This document shows, in pieces, positions 29,401 through 38,188 of a DNA stretch of 64,000 nucleotides (position 1 is its first letter; each line of letters starts with the position of its first letter). A model generated the notes under the pieces. It was given only the letters and a program-made list of their open reading frames with translations. It had not been told where the DNA came from and did no database searches. This stretch comes from Candidatus Sumerlaeia bacterium (GTDB lineage Bacteria; Sumerlaeota; Sumerlaeia; MVZB01). The stretch covers positions 14,328 through 78,327 of the forward strand of contig JBDKRG010000011.1 in the NCBI GenBank assembly GCA_039683515.1, in the 5' to 3' direction. The translations under genes were made by a program, and so were the position numbers.

Positions 29401-29869
29401 CGATCGGCTTGACGACCCAGAACTTGACGGAGGCCGGGACCTGGTCGATGCTCGACTGGATTTTGTTATAGATTTTGACGAGGCTGGCCTCGCGGTTCTC
29501 GCCGACGTAAAAGCGGACGGTCACGATCGAGGAGCCCTCGCGCGACATGGAGTAAACGTACTCGACCCCATCGATCTGCGAGAGGAGTTTTTCGAGCGGA
29601 GTGGAGACCTGGCGCTCGACCTGCTCGGCGGAGAGGCCGGGGGCGCTCACCAGCACGTCGGCCAGCGGGACGACAATCTGCGGCTCTTCCTCGCGGGGGG
29701 TGAGCCACAGCGCGACGAGGCCCGCCAGCAGCGTGCCGATGATGAACATGACCGGCAGCGGCCCCTGCAGGAATTTCGCGACGATCCTGGAGCTGATGCC
29801 CAGCTCCACAACTTCTTCGGGCTCGTTCGCCATCCGCGCTGTCCCCTTGACCGGAGATTTGTATATCAC
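26402..29869 (-). CDS. RND family efflux transporter permease (AcrB/CzcA superfamily)
   Basis: About 1150 aa with 12 transmembrane segments and two large periplasmic loops. The track start is GTG at 29869; an in-frame ATG (MANEPEE) lies at 29833. Confidence 0.95.
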   Translation of the reverse strand: MIYKSPVKGTARMANEPEEVVELGISSRIVAKFLQGPLPVMFIIGTLLAGLVALWLTPREEEPQIVVPLADVLVSAPGLSAEQVERQVSTPLEKLLSQIDGVEYVYSMSREGSSIVTVRFYVGENREASLVKIYNKIQSSIDQVPASVKFWVVKPIEIDDVPIVIATLWSDNPTRSDDYELRRLAEELVIELQGVPNTNRVTVVGGRPRAVRVELMPDALAARRTTPLEVAWALGVHNVQLPAGSIDKADASIKIEAGSFIAGVRDLENLVVNVVDGIPVYLKDVARVIDGPDEATTYTWVGFGPAGADKEPRLYPAVSIAVAKQRGTNAVWVARDAERRLELAAQRLLPPDIHCTITRNYGETANEKVNDLVEALAVAVLTVVIFVGLVLGWRAALVIALAVPVCYGATLLINYVAGYTINRVTLFALILALGLLVDDPITDVENIERFYRMRKWSPRRAILLAVQEIRPALILATIAVIISFIPMFFITGMMGPYMRPMALNVPITIGMSLIVAFCVTPFLARVILKRDGHGGREDYDVKRTPLYKIYNALLGPMLRSRALAWLFLGAIGLLFVAAIALPAFRLVPLKMLPFDNKNEFQVVVDMDEGTTLERTEAATRALAQYLRTVPEVVNFTGFVGLSSPMDFNGMVRHYYMRQGGNVADLRVSLIGKKTRAQQSHALILRIRRDLEKIARPFGANIKIVEVPPGPPVISTVTAEIYGDPQTPYQTLQKAALVTAERLKKEPLVVDVDSSVEADQTKLVFDTDKEKAALSGVGTEDVAQTLALAIDGQTATDLNIPTEAQPLPIVLRLSRPMRSDPDSLSSLYIKGRAGITKRRVGTQLEDAPQPMVPLGEVGRIRNTKVDQTIYHKNLRRVAYVFAETAGRAPADVVLDVGADRLKTESRRDDRLQPATSVAGQDQRQQQSPGGTADPKPLNDRNYIRPGGGIPWTLPAGTSINWLGEGEWKITVDAFRDLGLAFGAACIGIYLILWLQTGSALIAAIMILAIPLTMIGIMPGFWCLGLFGERVVAGLPNPIFFTATAMIGMIALAGIVVRNSVILVDFIHRGLRRGLTLEESLIQSGAIRTRPIILTAGTALLGNIVITLDPIFSGLAWSVIFGVAASTVFTLGVIPVVYYLVYANKPGHGLHHEEKDE

Positions 29870-30111
29870 TCAACCATTCTCGCCGAAGCATCGGCGAATT
29901 TGCAAGGTTCGTCGGAGGGAAAATGGAAAACCTGACAAAAAAATTGAAAGCAGCAATGCGAACAGAAATACAAACACGAAATTCACGAAAGAAGAGCACG
30001 AAAATGCACGAAAATGTCTACATGCCAAGGATCATTCTTATTTCGTGGGAATTCGTGGTCTTTTTTTCGTGGATTTTCGTGTTTGAATTCGCGTCGGGTC
30101 GAAGACCCGAC

Positions 30112-31170
30112 CTACCATTTGCGGATCAGCTCGGCGTTGCCGACCCACATGACGAAAAAGGGATGTTTTGAAGCGCGGTTCTTGACGTAAATCAGGAACG
30201 GGCGGTTCGCAACAAAATAGGTCGTGGTCATGATGCCTGCACAGGCGGCCACCATCACGGCGGCGGCATCGACGAAGGCGCCGTTCCTGTCGAGCTGGAA
30301 TCGGATCCCCTCGAGTGCGGTCTTGATATACGGCCGATCGAACCGCGTTCCGAGCAGGTTCGCCCCTTCCAGGTCGCTGAAGCTGTGGACGATGCCGAAC
30401 GCGATCTCCGGGACCTGTAGAATATCGAGGTAGTCGAATTCCTTCGCATTGCGGCCCCGTTTGATTTTCTCCTCGACGCCGCCCAACGTGCCCGCGAGCG
30501 TTGAACCCGGAGCCACGCACGCGATCACGATCTGGCACGGGGCCGAGTCGGCGAACAGGTCGACGATAAATTCCCTCGCATGACGCTGATGATTCTGCAC
30601 GGGCATGTAATCGGCATACAAAAGGCGAGGCTGCGCGCGGAGCTCTTCGATTTTCTCAATGTTTTTGTCCCAAAGACCAAATGACCGCACCGGGGCGGAT
30701 TTGCCGGGGCCGTCCTGGAACTCGAGTGGGCGCTCGAAATCGAGATAGGGCAGGGCGAACGGCACCCACGCCTTCATGACGGCGTATGCAAGGAGCGAGT
30801 TGGGCTCGATCGGAACCGACGGCAGCAAATACCCGGCAAGGGCCTCGTCCAGCTCCGCCTGGATTTCAGCGACGTTATGGGCGTCGACGTAATGCGCGGC
30901 GGATCGGCTCTCTTCGGGAAGCATGTCGTCGGGCAGCGGCGGCGCGTGGCGCAGGGCGTCATGGGTCACCCCGCCTCTGTCGAGCCGGATCGGGCCGCCG
31001 ATCACGTCGGTTTCGAGTTTGCGCCAGGCGGTCTCGAACGCGGCCGCCCAGATCGTGTTGCGCTTCCAATTGAGCGGCGCGTTCAATGCCGCGACGACAT
31101 CGGTGCCGGCGAGTTCACAGGAATCGCCATTGAACACCGGCTCGGCGAGGAACGCGTGCTGATCGGCCAT
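30112..31170 (-). CDS. Hypothetical protein with a serpin-like C-terminal region (possible bacterial serpin)
   Basis: The C-terminus NGAFVDAAAVMVAACAGIM...FVANRPFLIYVKNRASKHPFFVMWVGNAELI aligns with the serpin hinge/s1C-s4B-s5B consensus (GTEAAA...F.A.+PF.F.I......LF.G+V). The N-terminal part is less convincing. Confidence 0.4.
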   Translation of the reverse strand: MADQHAFLAEPVFNGDSCELAGTDVVAALNAPLNWKRNTIWAAAFETAWRKLETDVIGGPIRLDRGGVTHDALRHAPPLPDDMLPEESRSAAHYVDAHNVAEIQAELDEALAGYLLPSVPIEPNSLLAYAVMKAWVPFALPYLDFERPLEFQDGPGKSAPVRSFGLWDKNIEKIEELRAQPRLLYADYMPVQNHQRHAREFIVDLFADSAPCQIVIACVAPGSTLAGTLGGVEEKIKRGRNAKEFDYLDILQVPEIAFGIVHSFSDLEGANLLGTRFDRPYIKTALEGIRFQLDRNGAFVDAAAVMVAACAGIMTTTYFVANRPFLIYVKNRASKHPFFVMWVGNAELIRKW

Positions 31171-31282
31171 GATCGATTCCTTTTCTCAAGTAGTTCGGAA
31201 ACAACTCCATACATACGCCAAGACGCCAAGAACGCCAAGTCGAATCCTGGCGTTCTTGGCGTCTTGGCGTAAAAAAAGGCTC

Positions 31283-32110
31283 TTACTTGATCCGGCGCTT
31301 GGCGGCGGCCTGGGCGCGCTTCTGCATGCGGACGTAGCGCTCTTCCTTTTTCGAATACTGGTTGATGATGTCGCGGACCTCGATCGGCGAGTCGGTAACG
31401 TGGAACAGGTTCATGTCGACCTGGCTGATCTTGCCCTCGACGAGCATCCGGTTGCGCAGCCACTCGACCATCCCCTTCCAGTACGCCGAGCCGAACAGGA
31501 TGATCGGGAAGTTGTGCATCTTGTTGGTCTGGACGAGCGTGAGCGCCTCGAACAGCTCGTCGAGCGTGCCGAACCCGCCGGGGAAAATCACGAACCCGCA
31601 GGCGTATTTGACGAACATCATCTTGCGGATGAAGAAATAGTGGAAGTGGATCGCGACGTCGCAATAGGGGTTCAGGCCCTGTTCGAACGGCAGCTCGATG
31701 TTGAGGCCGACCGAGTTGACGCCGGCCTCGCGCGCGCCGCGGTTGGCGGCCTCCATCATGCCCGGGCCGCCGCCGGTGACGATCGACCAGCCGTCCTCGC
31801 CCAGGAGGCGCGCGGTCTCGACGGCCTTCTGGTAGATCATGTCCTCGGGGGTCACGCGCGCCGAGCCGAATATCGTGATGGCCGGCCCGAGCGTCGCGAG
31901 CACCTCGAAACCCTCGACGAACTCGCCCATGATGCGGAACACGCGCCAGGTGTCGGTCTCGGTGAACGGCACGGCGCCGTCGCCGGTGGTGAGCAGTTGT
32001 TCGTCGGCGGTCTGCTGCGTGTGCCGGACCGGCTTCTGGTCGGCGGTTTTCTTGTCGCGGGCGGTTTTCCTGGTGACCATCTGTCTTACCTCATTCAACC
32101 GAAGTGACAT
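31283..32110 (-). CDS. LOG family protein (cytokinin riboside 5'-monophosphate phosphoribohydrolase-like; TIGR00730)
   Basis: GGGPGMMEAANRGA and PGGFGTLDELFE motifs. Confidence 0.85.
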   Translation of the reverse strand: MSLRLNEVRQMVTRKTARDKKTADQKPVRHTQQTADEQLLTTGDGAVPFTETDTWRVFRIMGEFVEGFEVLATLGPAITIFGSARVTPEDMIYQKAVETARLLGEDGWSIVTGGGPGMMEAANRGAREAGVNSVGLNIELPFEQGLNPYCDVAIHFHYFFIRKMMFVKYACGFVIFPGGFGTLDELFEALTLVQTNKMHNFPIILFGSAYWKGMVEWLRNRMLVEGKISQVDMNLFHVTDSPIEVRDIINQYSKKEERYVRMQKRAQAAAKRRIK

Positions 32111-32168
32111 TTTTAGCGATGAGATTTTTCGAATAATTTCTCATCTCTCATCTCTCAAATCTCATCTC

Positions 32169-33005
32169 TTAGTTCTGGCGGGCATCGACGCTGTGGCAGC
32201 TGTGCGTGCTCTCCCAGTAGAGCGAGATGCCGGTTTCGTGCTCGGTGAGGGCGCGCTTGCGGAACCGCAGCAGGCGGCGCTCGACGGAGAACGGGCCGGC
32301 CTTGGCCTTGCAGATCGTGCCGGGCTGGACGCGCTGCTCGATCAGCTCCATGCCGAACCAGCGCAACGTCGTCTCGAGGCCGCGGCGATTGTAGAACGTG
32401 CACGAGGTGTGCTCGTAGGGGCTGTTTTCAACGGGACAGTATATCAGCTCGCTCGTCTCGGTCTCGGCCGTGTCGATCAGCATGCCGGACTCGATGAGCA
32501 GCTCACCGCCCATGGCGAGGCAGTCGACCAGCCGCCGCAGCCCGAGCGCCGGGTAGCGCAGGTGATAGAGGACGCCGAAGAACATGATGACGTCGTAGGG
32601 GGTCTGCTCGGTGGGATTGAGCTGGTAGAGGTTCAGCTTGCGCATCTTGACGCGCGAGTTGAAGTGCGGGATGAGCAGCTCGACGGCGCCTGCGGAGAGG
32701 TCGTTGTCGATGCCGTCGATCTCGGAAGCGCCGCGGCGCTCGGCCTCGAAGCTGAACATGCCGTCGCGGCAGCCGACGTCGAGGACGCGCTTGCCGGCGA
32801 AGTCGACGTTGGCCAGCGCGGCCTTGATGAACGCCCAGCTGTCGTGGTAGCCGCCGAACTCGGACTTGGTGCGCACGCCGGGCTCGAGCTCGAGCTCGTG
32901 GTACCACACGTACTGGTCGACGCGCTCCTGGAGCCGTTTCTGTTCCTCGGTCAGGGCTCCGGCGGCGTTCTTTTTGCCTCGGTTCTTAAACAGCCAGTTG
33001 AGCAT
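32169..33005 (-). CDS. Class I SAM-dependent methyltransferase (CmoB/TIGR04290-like)
   Basis: WYHELELEPGVRT is followed by the SAM motif I VLDVGCRDGMFS. The real start is MLNWLFKNRGKK; the track N-terminal extension is not coding-like. Confidence 0.8.
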   Translation of the reverse strand: MLNWLFKNRGKKNAAGALTEEQKRLQERVDQYVWYHELELEPGVRTKSEFGGYHDSWAFIKAALANVDFAGKRVLDVGCRDGMFSFEAERRGASEIDGIDNDLSAGAVELLIPHFNSRVKMRKLNLYQLNPTEQTPYDVIMFFGVLYHLRYPALGLRRLVDCLAMGGELLIESGMLIDTAETETSELIYCPVENSPYEHTSCTFYNRRGLETTLRWFGMELIEQRVQPGTICKAKAGPFSVERRLLRFRKRALTEHETGISLYWESTHSCHSVDARQN

Positions 33006-33176
33006 TCGATCGCCTTCCTTGCCAGATCGGCGGGATCCGCCCCGCGCAAGCCCATTATCGGCACTGCGGGGGGTTGTGGCAAGAGGCGCGTTGGGCTTGA
33101 ATGGGTCGCATCGGCCCCACTCCTTGCTGGACACGCCCGAAAAAGGGCTGATACCATTGATTCAGGGATCAACAGC

Positions 33177-34532
33177 ATGGCCGTCAATGCCTCATCGACC
33201 GGCGCGAACGAGCGGGCGGAAACTCCGCAATCCGCAATCCGCAATCCGCAATCGGCTTCGCCGGAGCGCGACTACCATGTCGCGTTCTTCACGAACACCT
33301 ACCGGCCGTTCGTGGGCGGGGTGGCGCTGTCGGTCGAGCTGTTCCAGCGCTACCTGACGGCGCTCGGGGACCACGTCACGGTCTACGCGCCGCATTTCGA
33401 CGGCGAGGCCGCCGCCGAGGACGAGCCCAACGTCCAGCGCCTGCCGGCCATCAAGCATTTCAACGACACCGACTTCAGCCTGCCGCTGCCCGTCTCGTTC
33501 CAGATGCTCCAGGATTTCCACGACATCCCGTTCGACGTCGTGCACGTGCATCACCCGTTTTTATTGGGTGAAATGGGGATGCACCTGGCCCGCCAGAGGC
33601 GGCTGCCGCTGGCCTTCACCTACCACACGCAGTACGAAAGCTACACGCACTACGTGCCGATGAACCGCGAGCAGGCCGAGCGCACCATCCTGCGCCACAC
33701 GCACGAGTTCTGCGACCTGTGCGACCTCGTGATCGCGCCGACCTACGACATCAAGCGTGCGCTGGTCGAGCGCGGCGTCAAGACGTGGATCGAGGTCCTG
33801 CCGACCGGCGTCGAGCTGGGCCGCTTCGAGGAGATCGACGCCGCCGGGGCGCGCCGCCGGCTCGGGATCGAGCCCGGCGACCCGGTCCTGCTGCACGTGG
33901 GCCGGCTGGCGGCCGAGAAAAACCTCGAATACCTGCTGCGCGCGGCCACGATCGTCCTGCGCGACAACCCGACGGCGCACCTCGTTATCGCGGGCGAAGG
34001 CAAGCTCCAGGACCAGCTGCACAAGATGGCCGCCGAGGCGCCCGGCGCCGGGATCCCGGACCGGATCCATTTCGCCGGGCTGCTCACCGGCAAGCCGCTC
34101 GACGAAATCTATGCCGCCGCCGACCTGTTCGTGTTCTCCTCGCAGACGGAAACGCAGGGGATGGTGGTCGCCGAGGCGCTGGCGGCCGGGACGCCGGTCG
34201 TGGCGCTCGACGCCAACGGCGTGCGCGACCTCGTGCGCGACGACGAGAACGGGCGGCTGCTCGCGGCCGACGCGGACGAGGCGGCGTTCGCGCGCGCCGT
34301 GAGCGAATCGCTCGCCGACCGCCCGCGGCTCGACGAGTGGCGCCACGAGGCGCTCCGGACCGCGCGCATGCTCGGCATGGACATCCAGGCCCGGCGCCTG
34401 CACGAAATCTACGGCCAGCTCAAAATGATCCCCAACCACCGCCTCAAGCAGGAAACGGTGAGCTTCGGCCTCATCCGCAACTACTTCGAGACGGTGTGGG
34501 AAGACCTGGGGAAATGGTTTGAGAGAATCTAA
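33177..34532 (+). CDS. GT4 family glycosyltransferase (RfaB-like) with a heptamer repeat in its 5' coding region
   Basis: GT-B fold markers are present (FTNTYRPFVGGVALSV; E-x7-E region FSSQTETQGMVVAEALAAGTPVV). The ATG at 33177 is the only in-frame start. The track ORF 31839..34532 is a fused upstream extension. Confidence 0.85.
   Translation: MAVNASSTGANERAETPQSAIRNPQSASPERDYHVAFFTNTYRPFVGGVALSVELFQRYLTALGDHVTVYAPHFDGEAAAEDEPNVQRLPAIKHFNDTDFSLPLPVSFQMLQDFHDIPFDVVHVHHPFLLGEMGMHLARQRRLPLAFTYHTQYESYTHYVPMNREQAERTILRHTHEFCDLCDLVIAPTYDIKRALVERGVKTWIEVLPTGVELGRFEEIDAAGARRRLGIEPGDPVLLHVGRLAAEKNLEYLLRAATIVLRDNPTAHLVIAGEGKLQDQLHKMAAEAPGAGIPDRIHFAGLLTGKPLDEIYAAADLFVFSSQTETQGMVVAEALAAGTPVVALDANGVRDLVRDDENGRLLAADADEAAFARAVSESLADRPRLDEWRHEALRTARMLGMDIQARRLHEIYGQLKMIPNHRLKQETVSFGLIRNYFETVWEDLGKWFERI
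33225..33252 (+). repeat. Heptanucleotide tandem repeat CCGCAAT x4 within codons about 17-25 of the GT4 gene
   Basis: ctCCGCAATCCGCAATCCGCAATCCGCAATcggc. The unit length is not a multiple of 3. The same heptamer (reverse complement ATTGCGG) recurs at 36961-36987. Confidence 0.9.
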
Positions 34533-34540
34533 AAGAATGA

Positions 34541-34625
34541 TGAATGATGAGTGATGAATGATGAAAAAAAATAAGGAATGACGATTTCACTCATCATTCC
34601 TCATTCATCATTCATCATTGAATTC
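34541..34625. repeat. GAATGATGA-family inverted repeat/hairpin between the convergent GT4 and PA-rich protein genes (bidirectional terminator candidate)
   Basis: The left arm is gaatgatgaatgatgagtgatgaatgatga. The loop is aaaaaaaataaggaatgacgatttcac. The right arm is tcatcattcctcattcatcattcatcatt. Confidence 0.6.
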
Positions 34626-34628
34626 TGA

Positions 34629-36482
34629 TTATTCTTCCGTTTCCTTGCGGCGCTTGCGCGCTTCGCGCAGCTTTTCCTTCACCTCGACCGCCGACGGACG
34701 GAGCGCCGCCGCGATCGACAGGTGATGGACCGCGCCGGCCCAGTTGGAAATCACGAAATCGCTCATCCCCTTGTGATACTCGCGGCTGAACAGGTCGTCG
34801 CTGCCGCCGGAGCCGTTCTCGGGGCTTCCGCCGTCGACCGGGAGCGACGGCGAAATCGCCGTGGACTGGTCGATCATGGTCTCCGCGTCGTCGAGGACGA
34901 GCGTCTCGTCCTCATGGACGGCGACGGTCGGGGTGACGTCGACCGCGGGCAGGTCCATGGCCGTCGAGGTCTCGTCGAACGCCGTCGACGAGGCCGTCGG
35001 GTTGTCGACGAACCCGCGCGTGGCGGCGTATTCGGGCTGCATGCCCGAGGGCGGCTCCATGATCTCGGGGACGATCGGCTTCAGCATCTCGTCGACATCG
35101 GCGACCGGCTCATCGACCTTGGTTTCCTCCTCGAAGCTCGGCAGGTCGGCAAACTCGATCCGGGTGGTCTGCATTTCCTCGGCGGGTTCCGGCGCGGAGG
35201 CCGCCACGGGCTCGGCTTGCGGTTTGGAGAAGAACGGGTCCTCGGCGGGAACGTCGATGCTGATCGGCGCGATCTCTTCGGCCGGGGCCGAATCGAGCGA
35301 GATCGGGGCCACCGACACGGGCTCGAATTCCGGAATCGTGATCGGACCGGATTCGACCGGGGCCGGCTCGGCGTTGACCGAAGGCAGCTCGATCGGGGCG
35401 TCGTCGAGCTTGATGGGGGCGCTGGCCGTCACCTCGGTCCTGGGCTCGGACTCGGTCTTGAAGAATGAGTCGAGCGAGTCCTGGACCGACGGCTCGGCCT
35501 GCGGCGCGGAGACCCGGGTCGGGTCGGACGCCGAGGCGAACAATGCATCGAGGTTGTCGATTGAGGTCTTGGGCTCCTCGGCCTGGGGCGCGGGCTCGGC
35601 CGGCTTGAAAAGCGAATCCATGTCGCCGAGCGCGGCGGGCTGCGCGGCGGGCTGCGGCTCGAAAGCGTCGAGCGCGGTCTCGGGCTGCGCCGCGGCGGGC
35701 TCGGGCCGGGCCTTGGCGGCGCCCTTGCGGCGCATGATCACGGCGCCGGCGATGGCCAGGACGACCACGCCGATGGCGCCGTACAGGACGGCCGGGCTGG
35801 CGACGAGGTTCTTGATTTTATCCATGGCCGAAGCGCGGCGGACCGGCGGCGGGGGCGGCGGGGCCTGTTCCTCGGCGTCGGCCTTTTCCACGGCGGGCTT
35901 GGCCTGGCCCGCGGGCTTGGCGGAGTCGGCCGGGGCGACGGCAACGGGGCCGGGCTTTTCGGATCCGGAATCGGCCGGGACCGCGGTGGCCGCCACGGCG
36001 CTGGCGGTCGTCTGGCCGACGGACTTCATGATCGACTGGATACTCTCGTTGCGGCGCTTGTCGCGCAGGCGCCGGAACGCCGGCGAGTGTTCGGAGGCGT
36101 CGTCGGTCGGCCTGAGCATGCTCTCGGCGCGCTTGACGTAAAACTCGAAGGCCTGCTCCTCGGGGAACTGCACGGCGGCCGCGCGGCTCAACTCGAGGAC
36201 GGCGTCATACTGGCGGAGCAGGTAGGCGCGCCGGATTTTTTCGCGGGCCTCATTGACGGACTTGAACGTGACCGACGGCGGCGCGGGCGTGGCGGCCGCC
36301 GGCTGGACCTGGTCCGGGCTGATCACCGGCGTGGGTGACGAAGGCGTCTCGTTCTCGACGGCCGGCAACTGAACGACGCCGCCCGGTGAGGGTGAGGCGG
36401 CCGTGGTCGCCGCGCGCGCCGACAGCGGCAACGCCGCCGCCAACGCGAAAATCATCAAGAGAGACAGGGACTTCCTTATCAT
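34629..36482 (-). CDS. Hypothetical Pro/Ala/Glu-rich protein with a signal peptide, a central transmembrane helix and a conserved C-terminal about 55 aa
   Basis: The likely start is MIRKSLSLLMIFALAAALPLSARA. The sequence is mostly low complexity. The transmembrane helix is VLYGAIGVVVLAIAGAVIM. The C-terminus reads LFSREYHKGMSDFVISNWAGAVHHLSIAAAL. Confidence 0.5.
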   Translation of the reverse strand: MIRKSLSLLMIFALAAALPLSARAATTAASPSPGGVVQLPAVENETPSSPTPVISPDQVQPAAATPAPPSVTFKSVNEAREKIRRAYLLRQYDAVLELSRAAAVQFPEEQAFEFYVKRAESMLRPTDDASEHSPAFRRLRDKRRNESIQSIMKSVGQTTASAVAATAVPADSGSEKPGPVAVAPADSAKPAGQAKPAVEKADAEEQAPPPPPPVRRASAMDKIKNLVASPAVLYGAIGVVVLAIAGAVIMRRKGAAKARPEPAAAQPETALDAFEPQPAAQPAALGDMDSLFKPAEPAPQAEEPKTSIDNLDALFASASDPTRVSAPQAEPSVQDSLDSFFKTESEPRTEVTASAPIKLDDAPIELPSVNAEPAPVESGPITIPEFEPVSVAPISLDSAPAEEIAPISIDVPAEDPFFSKPQAEPVAASAPEPAEEMQTTRIEFADLPSFEEETKVDEPVADVDEMLKPIVPEIMEPPSGMQPEYAATRGFVDNPTASSTAFDETSTAMDLPAVDVTPTVAVHEDETLVLDDAETMIDQSTAISPSLPVDGGSPENGSGGSDDLFSREYHKGMSDFVISNWAGAVHHLSIAAALRPSAVEVKEKLREARKRRKETEE

Positions 36483-36869
36483 CGAACGCCACCCTCTCGG
36501 GAATGGATACAATCGACATGACGGCATGGCAAAGACACGCCACTTTCGGCGGGGCCGCCGCGGACAGCTCACTTTTAGCAATCCGGCGGCCGGAGGTCCA
36601 CAGAAAAGGCTCGATCAATCGAAGATTGATGATTGTCGATGGCCGATTTGGGTCTCCGCCCCAAGATGACACCAAGCCGCTTAGAACCGGGACGGCACAC
36701 CCGCGCGAAGACTGAAAGAGTGTTACAGATTATATGACGATCCCGGGAACGCCACTCTCCCGAGTGGCTTTGTCGATTGATTCCTGCCGATCGGGCGATC
36801 GGCGTTCCCAGGGAATTTCATAATGCTTGAACCCAAACCCCGGCCTGCTATCATGATCGGGCATACGGT

Positions 36870-36955
36870 GCCGGGATGGCGGAACTGGCAGACGCAAGGG
36901 ACTTAAAATCCCTCGCCCACAAGGCGTGCGGGTTCGATTCCCGCTCCCGGCACCA
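36870..36955 (+). tRNA. tRNA-Leu (anticodon UAA), 86 nt including CCA
   Basis: GCCGGGATGGCGGAACTGGCAGACGCAAGGGACTTAAAATCCCTCGCCCACAAGGCGTGCGGGTTCGATTCCCGCTCCCGGCACCA. The acceptor stem is 7 bp, the anticodon loop is CTTAAAA, and the T-arm GGTTCGATTCC follows a long variable arm. Confidence 0.9.
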
Positions 36956-37111
36956 ATTTTATTGCGGATTTCGGATTGCGGATTGAAGCCGAGGCCGTTT
37001 GCCGCGGCGCGCAAAAACCCAATGCGCAAATGCGCAGGTTCACTTCAGCGACATGTGAGATTCAAAATTCGTCTCATCTCTCATGTCTCATCTTTCATCT
37101 CTCATTGAATT

Positions 37112-38152
37112 TCAGCTTCTCAGCAGGCGGCCGACTTCGGTGAGGAGGCACTCGACGAAGTGGGCGCGCGCGGCCGGGGTGTAGAAGTAGGGGGCCTCGG
37201 CGCTGGCGGCGTGGAGGCGGTCGGCGGACTCGAGCAGCCCCTCGGCCGAGCGGCCGTCGGCCAGCGCGCGCAACTCGGGCTCCAAATCGCGGTTGAGCAG
37301 CCCCGTGCCGCCGGTCTTGATCACCAGCGCGTCGCGCAGGAGCGTGACGGCCATCAGCAGGTCGGCCGCGCTATCGGCGCCGGCGAACGCGTCGGCGGCG
37401 CGAAAAATCGACGCAAACCCGTGGTCGAGCAGGAGTTTCAGCGCGTCCAGGATCTTCTTGCGCCGCTGTAGCGTGTCTTCGTCGCACAGCGACAGCGCCA
37501 GGCCGGGGCGCCCCTCGGCAAGGCCCGCGATCAGGTTGGACTGGTCCTCGCCCACGCCGCGCTTCTCGCGCAGCCATTTCGCGAGCATCTCGCCCGGAAC
37601 CGGCTCCAGCGGCATCTCGCTCGAGCGCGAGCGGATCGTGCCCAGCATCCGGCTCGGCTCGGAGCTGATCAGGATGAACTGGACGTGGCCGGGCGGCTCC
37701 TCGAGGATTTTCAGCAGGCAGTTGGCGGCCGACTCGTTCATCCGGTCGGCGGGCTCGATGAGGACGATCTTGCGCGGCGACTCGAGCGGGCCGGTGGCGA
37801 CGCGGTCCTCGAGCGAACGGACGTCGTCGACGCGGATCATCCCCGAGGCCGAGTTCGGGCTGACTTCAATGATGTCGGGGTGGACCGCGCGGGCGACCTT
37901 GATGGCGCGCGCGTGGGTCGCCGGGTCGCCGCCGTCGGCGACGATTTCGCGCGCCAGGGCGAACGCCATCGTCGTCTTGCCGATCCCGGCCGGGCCGCTC
38001 AGCAGGAGCGCCTGCGGCAGGCGCCGGTCGCGCCACGCCCGCCGCAAAAACGCCTTCACCGGCTCGTTGCCGAGGATCTGGTCGAGTGTCAGGCCGCGCG
38101 CCGGATCAAGCGGAGGGGGTTCGGGGACAGCGATGGTTTTTCTGGGCGGCAT
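37112..38152 (-). CDS. holB: DNA polymerase III subunit delta' (HolB)
   Basis: AAA+ clamp-loader fold with Walker A LLLSGPAGIGKTT and the delta'-type arrangement. Confidence 0.85.
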   Translation of the reverse strand: MPPRKTIAVPEPPPLDPARGLTLDQILGNEPVKAFLRRAWRDRRLPQALLLSGPAGIGKTTMAFALAREIVADGGDPATHARAIKVARAVHPDIIEVSPNSASGMIRVDDVRSLEDRVATGPLESPRKIVLIEPADRMNESAANCLLKILEEPPGHVQFILISSEPSRMLGTIRSRSSEMPLEPVPGEMLAKWLREKRGVGEDQSNLIAGLAEGRPGLALSLCDEDTLQRRKKILDALKLLLDHGFASIFRAADAFAGADSAADLLMAVTLLRDALVIKTGGTGLLNRDLEPELRALADGRSAEGLLESADRLHAASAEAPYFYTPAARAHFVECLLTEVGRLLRS

Positions 38153-38188
38153 GGGTCGTATGGGTCCCTTCGAGTCCGATGGGACCCG

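Noticed and set aside
31205-31268. Rho-independent terminator for the LOG gene.
   Set aside because: The hairpin (ACGCCAAG x3 with its inverted partner) is strong. However, the U-run lies 5' of the stem on the minus transcript and an A-run lies 3' on the plus strand, so it is not canonical for either direction. It is recorded only as part of the short-motif hairpin phenomenon.
31839-34532. An 897-aa ORF.
   Set aside because: The upstream 446 residues are antisense to the LOG and methyltransferase genes and are low complexity. The GT4 gene starts at the ATG at 33177.
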